Part shown: positions 55,647-64,000 of the stretch, piece after piece
How positions within the stretch are numbered: the first letter of the stretch is position 1
How the letters are laid out: every line of letters starts with the position of its first letter
DNA from: Octopus vulgaris
Lineage: Eukaryota
Length of the DNA: 64,000 bases
Assembly: GCA_951406725.2 (NCBI GenBank)
Contig: OX597816.1
Span: 106,020,001 to 106,084,000 of the forward strand
Direction of reading: 5' to 3'
The notes under the pieces: generated by a model
What the model was told of the DNA's origin: nothing
Databases searched by the model: none
Seen by the model: the letters and a program-made list of their open reading frames with translations, nothing else
Program-made: the position numbers and the translations under genes

Positions 55647-57009
55647 TATATACTTTTATGTATATATGCTCAGAGAGAGAGAACTAAACAGAATGTAAAT
55701 TGATAAAAAACAATCTTCATCTGAAGTATTATCTAATATGAGGTATCATCTAATATGGAGTTCACTTGCCAATAGCTAACATCTGTACATGATCTGCTGC
55801 AGTTACTGACAAACAATCTCAACCATTTGACAGAAACTTATAAGGTTATTTATTATCAAGACAAGAAATGACATAAGCCTGGGAGCTAATTTGTATGCAA
55901 TGTACTTGAGAATTAACCAGGAAAAGGAGATTCGATTTCTGTGTCTTTCTATCATTCTTAATTTTATCTTTCTGTTTAATTCCTATTTGGCTATGTATAC
56001 CTAAATAATGTGTGTCCATATCATTTGTACACACACCTAAATACATATAAACATGCATGCAAATATATATATATGTTGGTCGAACCGTCCAACATGGAAA
56101 ACGGACGTTAAACGATGATGATGATGATGATGATATATATCATCATCATTATCATCCTCTTTTAATGTCTGTCTTCCATCCTGGCATGCTTAGACAGTTT
56201 GATAGGAACTGACCAGACAGAAGACTGCACCATGCTTCAAATTTTGGTCTGGTTTCTTTGACTGGATACCCCTCCTAACACTAACCACTTTACAGAGTGT
56301 ACATAGTGCAATTCTCATGCACCAGCACCAGTGAGGTGACCATGTTGCTCACAAGACTAAGATCTTCAGTGACTGAAAAGGGATGCAGTTGAGAGGGAAG
56401 CAGCTTTATGCTAGGTGATGAAAGTAGTTGGTGTGAAGCAGGAAAGAGAAGAGTTTGCAAGAGTGTATGGAGAGAGTGAGGGATGATAAGAAATTGGATA
56501 GGGATGTGAATTTATTGAATGATGAACAAGAGTCGATGTATCATGCCTATGATAAAATGTAAGTAGGATGAAAAGTCAAGGAGAAAAGATGATGATTAGA
56601 TATCAGGAAGGGTATAGCAGTAAATGCAGTAAATGGTGGATGGGTAGGAGTGACACATATAAGTTGGTGCTGATTGGAAGTACAGGAAGGTGAAGAACAG
56701 CAGGATAGAAAGAAAGAGATGACTTTTGGATTTGTAGGTTACATGAATGTGAGTGGTAACAGGTTGAAAGAGTGAGAGTTAAGAAAAAGACATAGTGTGT
56801 AGCAATGAGAGAGAGAGACAGATGTATGGTAATATGAGCCAATCAACAAGAAGTGGTTCAGTGAGGAGGGAGAGAAAAAGAAAAATTATTAGCAAAAATG
56901 TGAGTGAAGAGATACAATGTAATAATGAAGTATGGAAGTCAACTGAAGCGGTTCTAGTTGGTGAGAAAGCTAACTGGTATCACAGAAAAGATTATAAAAT
57001 ATGGTAGTT

Positions 57010-57960
57010 CTGTCTGCAAGAGATCCCACATGATGAGGTCTAATATTTGCAGCAACTCAATGGATTCTTGATGTGTGCTGTTCCAGGTTTAGTGGTGGAG
57101 AGGTACATTAATGTTATCTTCGTATATGCCTGTATTGAAACAAAGATTGACATGACACCATTGTAAGAAATTTACAACTTTTTCATACTATCAATGCAGA
57201 TTTCAAATAAGGCATTTAGGTTGTATGCAGATGACTCTTAGGAGCAAGAGTTCCAGAAGAAATAATGAGGTGTGTCCTCTGCATAGGAGTGGACATTGTT
57301 GGAGGTGACAACAAGTAGGTCATCAACATAAAAGGAGGAAATGGAGCACATTAGAATTGATAGAATGTTTACCTTCAGTTCCTGCTACAACTGTGCATTC
57401 TTACAAGAACCCCTTGAGGTAATAGATGAAACAGAAATAGGTGGAATTTATAAGCCTGTAGGTTTGCCAGGAGATTCACAAACTAGACACATCTGAAAAT
57501 TATGCTATTGTTGAGGTTAGCAACACTACTTTCACAAAATATCTTGTCGTGGGTGAGACTGGAAAGTAAGTTTCCAAGAGATTTGGATTATGAAAGCATT
57601 TTGGTGATCATTGAATAGGGAGAGAGATTCAAAATGTTGGTAAAGGTTACTAAATGGGTATTTTCATCCCCTTTGAAATGTTGGAAGTAAGTGCAATAGT
57701 AAAATAATTAGGAAGATCAGTGCAGTTGTCCTTCTTGAGAATGGCACACAATGTAGCATGCTTCCAAATATTGAGATATATCCCTGTAGAGAGTTCAGCA
57801 AGGTTAGGGTCTAACTTTATGGTGCATTGCCTGATGGTGATAAAAGAAATGTTGTCAGGACCAGTGACCTTGTTAGCTTCAAGTAACTAGAGGTGCTTTC
57901 ACACCTGGCATGTTTGTGGAAAAACTTTGAAGATTTAGTGATTGCAATATGATGCTGGTT
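57010..57960 (-). mobile_element. Decayed CR1/Jockey-like LINE RT
   Basis: Minus strand NKVTGPDNI ... VHSYAEDT (degenerate YADD). Confidence 0.6.
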
Positions 57961-59992
57961 GCAAAGCAAGCAGCATATATATCTACATACACATATGCAT
58001 TATCAATACTAGTTCTTTAAACTTCTAGGGCTATGTTATCCAATGTATCATTCCATTTTTAAGGCAATAAGGTATGTGTTGAGAGAAAGGGAGTATGTTT
58101 ATTTCTAGCAGATCAAATAACATAGAAGTTCTTTTATTGACCAATTTTCTTATTACCAAATGACAAAGTATTTTGATTTGACATCTTCATTGTTTATGGA
58201 ATGATGAACAGACACAGAAGCAGATGCATAAGAAAAAAATCAACTCTAGCATTTGAAATGCACCAACTGTTACTATTCCCACTGGTACCAGTAAATTGTT
58301 CTGTAAAGATGATTGAAAGCTGATAGGAGTATCTGAACAACTGAATTACTAACCAACAGGGTAGTTTTAAAAATATATTCTTCACTTTGTCAGAAAGCAA
58401 AGGAGAGAGGAGTTACAAAGACCCAAGTTGATATGGTTTTCACTCTCTCTAAATATAAAAGTACATGGATGCAAATTATTTTCAACTACTAGCACTACCT
58501 CTGTATCCCTGGACAAGGCAATTTTATCTGTTTTAATTACCAGGAAACAGATTGGTCATGTAGACCTGGAAATACAGAAACAATGCTATGATCAAGGCTG
58601 AAATACCTTTGATCATAAGTTTGCTCAATCAGAACTTAGTTGGGACTAAACATCAACAACAAGGAAACAAGAAATATTAAATTACTCATTTGTAAAGCAT
58701 CAAACAACTTGGAAACTGAAAATTGGTTTCATTGTTTATAGTGTCAAGATCAAAGTCTTCTCACACAATATTGGATTAACGAAAGCAACACATACTAAAA
58801 GTAAAGCTTAATTGTGTTTTATTCAATTCTCATGTGTGAATTTGATTATGGTATTGAAAATTTTCAGTCTACTTTTCACCTTCCAGTACTGAACTAGTTT
58901 CCTTTTTCTCTTCTTACCTGCTCAATTTTCAGGTAACAGTCATGTGTGAGTGGAAGTCAAGTGTCTTATCAGTGGACACATCAATTTTCGCCTTTCATAC
59001 TATGTCCTATTTTTTGCAGTCCTCCACTAATGCAGCTGAAGGATATATTACTTGGCTTGGAAACAGGTAAGAGTTGGTGTTAGGAAGGCGAACCAATCAT
59101 AGAAAATTCTTCTTCAATGAGGTCTCATCTGACCCATATAAGCATGGAAAAGTAGATGTTTAGATAATAATGAGGATGATGATCACACACACACACATAC
59201 ATTTATATCTCTGGACAGTATATAACTGGTAATGGTATAAAACTAAAGTGGACTTATTTCACTTTGCAGATATGGAGGTATACCACCTCAGTTACTCTAC
59301 TACTCAACTCTGTTTTTCATACTGCATGTGCTTTTTTAACAATCTTATGAACAACTAACTAATAATGTTATCGTCATCATCATTTTACATCCACTTTCCA
59401 TACTGGCATAAGTAGCCTGGTTCAATAAGATTCAACTGGTCAGAGGATCGTGTTTCCTTTTTGGTATAGTTTAAATAGCTGGATTCCCTTCCTAACACCA
59501 ATCATTTCACAAAGTATACTAGGAGCACTCTACATGACACTAGCACTTGCCATCAGTAAGGCTAAAAAACCCTCTCAAGCCCTGTATCATTGCTGTTTGA
59601 ATCAATTGCCAAACACTTAGGGTGTACTAGATATCTTTTGTAGCAGCAGCACTGTTAGGATCTCCTCATATCTTGCAAATTGAAAGAGCCCTGCCCTACA
59701 TGGAACAGATTTATTGTGAGAGAATAGCAGTGTAGAAAATAACAAAGAGAACAGTGTTAGGCTGGAGAGTAGAGGAGATAGAGTAGAGGCTAGGGAAGAG
59801 TAATATCTGGGGTTTAGTGTGAAAGGGAGTGGAAAGAGACAATGTGATGATGATAATGTGATGGGTCAAGTAGATAAATTCAGTGACATGGCTGAGTTAT
59901 TCAATCTGCCATGCCAACATGGGGTGGACAGTTTGTTAGGGTTCAAGACACTTTTTATTGAAGTTACACAGGTCTATTGTTGAGAGGGATAT

Positions 59993-60860
59993 ACAAGAGG
60001 GTACCCAAAAGTAACCAGAAATGCTCTTTGTGAGACAAACCCATTGTAGTTTAGACTTCCATCACTAGAAGCCACTTGATATCACCTTCAGGCATCAATA
60101 TGCCGGTCAAGTGTAGTCCTGTTGACACGTGGTGTGTCTTTGCTTTGCAGTGCTTCTCTCCTGTTCATCAATTTTTGTAATGACTGAAACAAAGGTACAG
60201 CAGGCTTCTGCGAAATTCTGTTTTCTGCTGGGCAAATGGTGGCTGGAACAGTTGTCATGCTTCAAACAGCTTACAAGGATGCTGCTATGAGTGGAATACA
60301 TTTTTATGAGTGGTTTTCATGCTTTAGGAATGGTAACTTGTTGCTTGAAGACCAACCTCATTCAGGGCATCTGTCAACTTCCCAAATGAATGAAAACATC
60401 ATGAAATTCATGGACTGATCTTGCAGGACTGTCACCAAACAAGTGACAAACCCGTTGATATAACTGATGTGTCCTGGAGTTCTTGCCAATGAATTTTAAG
60501 CAGGGAATTGTGAATGAAAAGAGTTGCAGCAAAATTTGCGCCTCCCTTGCTCATGGAAGATTAAAAGCAATCAAAACTGAATGTGTGCTGTGAACTGGAA
60601 GAACAGTTGGAAGTTGATCTGGAACTTTTTCAAAGGTCATCGCTGGTGACAAAAACTGGTGCTATGGCATTTGCAGATGTGGAAGAGGTGAACAAAAAAA
60701 CAACAAAGGCATTAAAAGGTATCACTTTGCAAGAGTTCCAGAACTACTTTGAACAGTGGAAAATGCACCTGGACTGATGCATTGCTTCAAATGGAGAATA
60801 CTTTGAAGGTAATAAAAGTGTAAACATGTAAAACTAAGTCAATAAAATAATATTGTACAC
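59993..60860 (+). mobile_element. Internally deleted mariner element
   Basis: KFCFLLGK..TVVMLQTAYKDAAMS..FYEWF..FRNG..LEDQPHSG..STS (N-terminus) and FQNYFEQWK..D*CIASNGEYFEG (C-terminus). Confidence 0.85.
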
Positions 60861-60898
<38 letters not shown>

Positions 60899-60915
60899 TG
60901 TATGTATGTATGTAT

Positions 60916-60967
<52 letters not shown>

Positions 60968-61032
60968 AGGTTTGGAGATGATGTACAGGTATTATATATT
61001 AGAAGAAATGAGGTAATCAGAAGATCGGATTT

Positions 61033-61079
61033 GATTTGATTTGAAAACCCCACTGGAATGGGAGAAAGCGCTAATAATC
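61033..61079 (+). ncRNA. Decayed HHR-like motif upstream of the PLE
   Basis: TTGAAAA-CCCCA-CTGGAA-TGGGA-GAAA-GCGC-TA-ATAATC; palindromic stem III AGCGCT; core has two substitutions. Confidence 0.5.
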
Positions 61080-61162
61080 TGAATGATATGATCTGAATGA
61101 TATGATCTGAATGATATGATCTGAATGATATGATCTGAATGATATGATCTGAATGATATGAT
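61079..61162 (+). repeat. (CTGAATGATATGAT)x6 minisatellite
   Basis: Direct inspection. Confidence 0.95.
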
Positions 61163-61243
61163 ATATATATATATGTAAAAAATGTAATATATAAATAAAT
61201 ATGTATAAACATGAACCATCCGATCTTCTGATTACCTCATTTC

Positions 61244-61310
<67 letters not shown>

Positions 61311-61379
61311 ATATATATATTTACACACCACACACATTTATACACATATACATGCACATATATATTTATATATATATAC

Positions 61380-63320
61380 ACAAAGGTGTAATTCCTGGAT
61401 TGCAAGGAGGTTTATATAGAGATGATGCTCTATTCATTATCCTTAGCAGCATTAAATCAGTCATAGAAAGAGTGAGGAAGAGAATTAGAAAATTTTTTAA
61501 AAGCTTCAACTTAGGTATTACGTTGAAGGACACAAAAATGGAAAATTTCTTAGACATTACATTAGACATTAACTCATGATTATACCACCCCTATAGGAAA
61601 CCAGGTGAAGTTATGAGGTATGTTAACAAATTATCAAATCACCCCTGCCCCCTAATGTGTTAAAATCAGTGATTAAATGTATTTCTAAGAGAATTACAAA
61701 ATTATCAGCAAATAAGGACATTTTCAATACCCATTCCCACCACTACAACTTTGCTTTGTCTAAGACAGAATATGACAAGGAAATTACTTTTCTTAGTCCT
61801 GAAAGTATAGCACCTAATTATAGTGAAAGTAATGAGATTTTAGGTAATAGAGAGATTACAAACTTACGTGGTCGGGAAAACATACCAACTAGAAAAGCAT
61901 CCAGCAAACCAACAATTTAAATACAAAAATAAGCAACAAGAGGAAATTAGATGCTATAACAAGTAGGAATTTTAGTTTAGATAATAAGGGACGTGAAGGG
62001 AATGGACAGGTTGCTACCCTATAAGGATAAGAAAAATACTGGTAATAGAGACATATTTAATAATCAAGCCATGATTTTGAAAGGAGTTGAGAGAACAGAT
62101 AGATTCTGCCTTTACATGTGCCATAAGCCTGAAAATAAGGACTTCATCTGGTATAACATTCCCTTCAACTGTGCCATATCCATAAACATATATAGGAAAT
62201 TTATGACAATTTTAGAAACAACTTCCCATAGATATAACAGAATTTTTTCCCACAAGACAGTTAGAATCTCATCCTCTACTCTCCCCAATATGGGTACCAT
62301 CATAGCAAGGTTAAATAGAAAGAATATTAAATTAGCAAGAGGTAGTAATAATAATAATGTTAATGTCAACATTAACTTAAACCTCTACAATGTGAATAAT
62401 AATGTTAATGTCAACACTAACTTAAACCTCTACAATGTGAATAATAATATTAATGGTGACATAGAAAATAGAAACAGCGGTACTAATGCTTCTAATATAT
62501 ACACTATAAACTATAACTCTGAGGTTCATACTAGCACAGGGACTACTGATATGCCTGATGATGCTGGGATGAATGTGAATATAACAACTGAAGGATGGAG
62601 AGATAATACCAGATATGAAAATAACACATATAACAGAAGTAGTGGGATTAATATTAATAGTAATATTTATAATAATAATGGTTTGAATATCAATAATATT
62701 AAAAGTAGTAATTCTCCTAGTTGCAATTGTAGGGTTAAATCCCACTGTCTGTTATTAGGCCAATGTCTAACCCAAAACGTAATCTATAAGTGTACAATCA
62801 CAACTGTAGCTGGTAACTTTGTATATATAGGATGTTCAATAAATATGAAAAAACGTATTAATAACCATTTTTCACCTTTTAGGCTCAAACATAAGACCAA
62901 TTGTACATCCTTATCTAGCAAGATTTGGGAACTGAAAGGAAGCAGAATTGAATTTAGCCTTAAATGGGATATTATTAGGAAAGTGCAACCTTATAAAAAT
63001 AGTCAGTATGGGTGCAATCTGTGCTCTATGGAAACTTATGAAATGTTTAAGTATAGGGACAAAAGCAACCTAGTTAATGATAGATTAGACCTAAGGGTAT
63101 CACGCGTACATAAGGTCACCCATACATTTAAATATTTTCGAAATTAGCATTTATAGGTGCTGCACTTGAACCTGAATAAGGGAAAATTAATTTTAGTGTC
63201 ATATATGATGTGAACTTACTCCCTAGTATTATATACAATAAGTTATATATATTTTCTTACTATTCTCTATAATTTCTTATTATTATGTTTTCTTATTTTG
63301 ATACCTTATTAACCCCTTAT
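61380..63320 (+). mobile_element. 5'-truncated Naiad-type Penelope-like retroelement (RT C-half, linker, GIY-YIG endonuclease)
   Basis: GLYRDDAL...FLDITLD...PYRKP...SNHP; IWYNIPFN...TVRISSSTLPN; CNC..HCLLLGQCLTQNVIY...YIGCS..KKRINNH...CNLCSME...LVNDR. The 61993-63147 ORF (384 aa) is open; the upstream part has stops and a frameshift. Confidence 0.9.
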
Positions 63321-63323
63321 CTA

Positions 63324-63324
<1 letters not shown>

Positions 63325-63355
<31 letters not shown>

Positions 63356-63815
63356 TTAACGTCCGTTTTCCGTGCTAGCATGGGTTGGACGGTTTGACCG
63401 GGGTCTGAGAAGCCAGGCGCTGCACCAGGCTCCAGTCTGATCTGGCAGAGTTTCTACAGCTGGATGCCCTTCCTAACGCCAACCACTCCGCGAGTGTAGT
63501 GGGTGCTTTTTACGTGCCACCAGCACAGGTGCCAGGGGAGTCCGGCATCGGTCACGATTGGTTGGTCCTTTTAACGTGCCACCGGCACGGAAGCCAGCCA
63601 AGGCGGCGCTGGCATCGGCCACGTTCAGATGGTGCTTTTTATGTGCCACCGGCACTGGAGCCAGTCGAGGCAGCGCTGGCATCGGCCACGTTCGGATGGT
63701 GCTTTTTATGTGCCACTGGCACAGAAGCCAGTCAAGGCAGCGCTGGCAACGGCCATGTTCGGATGGTGCTTTTTATGTGCCACCGGCACAGGTATCACAA
63801 CTACTATTTCCATTG
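63325..63815 (-). mobile_element. RTE 3' end with tandem ~60-bp subrepeats (young, CpG-rich)
   Basis: Same tail and GTGCCACCGGCAC...GGCCACGTTCGGATGGTGCTTTTT units as 14.7-15.5 kb. Confidence 0.82.
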
Positions 63816-64000
63816 ATACTTATAAGTTATTAATGTTCTCTAAGAGAAATATAAACTTTCTAGTCACTTAAGTCTAAAAGAGTTGATTATAACATACCCA
63901 TAATAAAGTACAAATATTTGTGTATATTTGCATGTGTGCACATAGTTAAATATATGTATGTATTTGTGCACAACTTATTTTTCCGATTTTTTTTCTGATT

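Noticed and set aside
58919-59040. Minus-strand exon ending at CAG|GTAAGA
   Set aside because: Stops in all three frames and no supporting acceptor
61577-61579. In-frame TGA as selenocysteine in the Naiad
   Set aside because: Falls at a typically Gly position (likely GGA>TGA), and the copy has other stops and a frameshift

Overview
Eukaryotic, AT-rich, extremely microsatellite- and repeat-dense DNA. The SINE/LINE repertoire suggests a coleoid cephalopod, most likely Octopus (inferred from recognised repeat families, not a database match). Only one host coding exon is convincing: the first coding exon of TULP4/Tusp on the minus strand (3216-2959), lying in a CpG-rich, promoter-like zone (~2.4-8.5 kb). 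The rest is decayed mobile DNA: tRNA-derived SINEs, RTE and CR1-like LINEs, Tc1/mariner and hAT transposons, and at least three different Penelope-like element (PLE) fragments. Most ORF-track entries are microsatellite translations. The main hidden signal is a set of about ten minimal type-I hammerhead ribozyme (HHR) motifs with palindromic stem III, from several unrelated sequence families. They occur as (i) back-to-back pairs in long palindromes (29935-30323, 55265-55404), (ii) a 337-bp tandem, retrozyme-like repeat (36406-36975), and (iii) solo copies, some with a non-canonical core. Also notable are a Tc1 transposase with a spliceosomal intron and a Naiad-type PLE with Asn-rich insertions.
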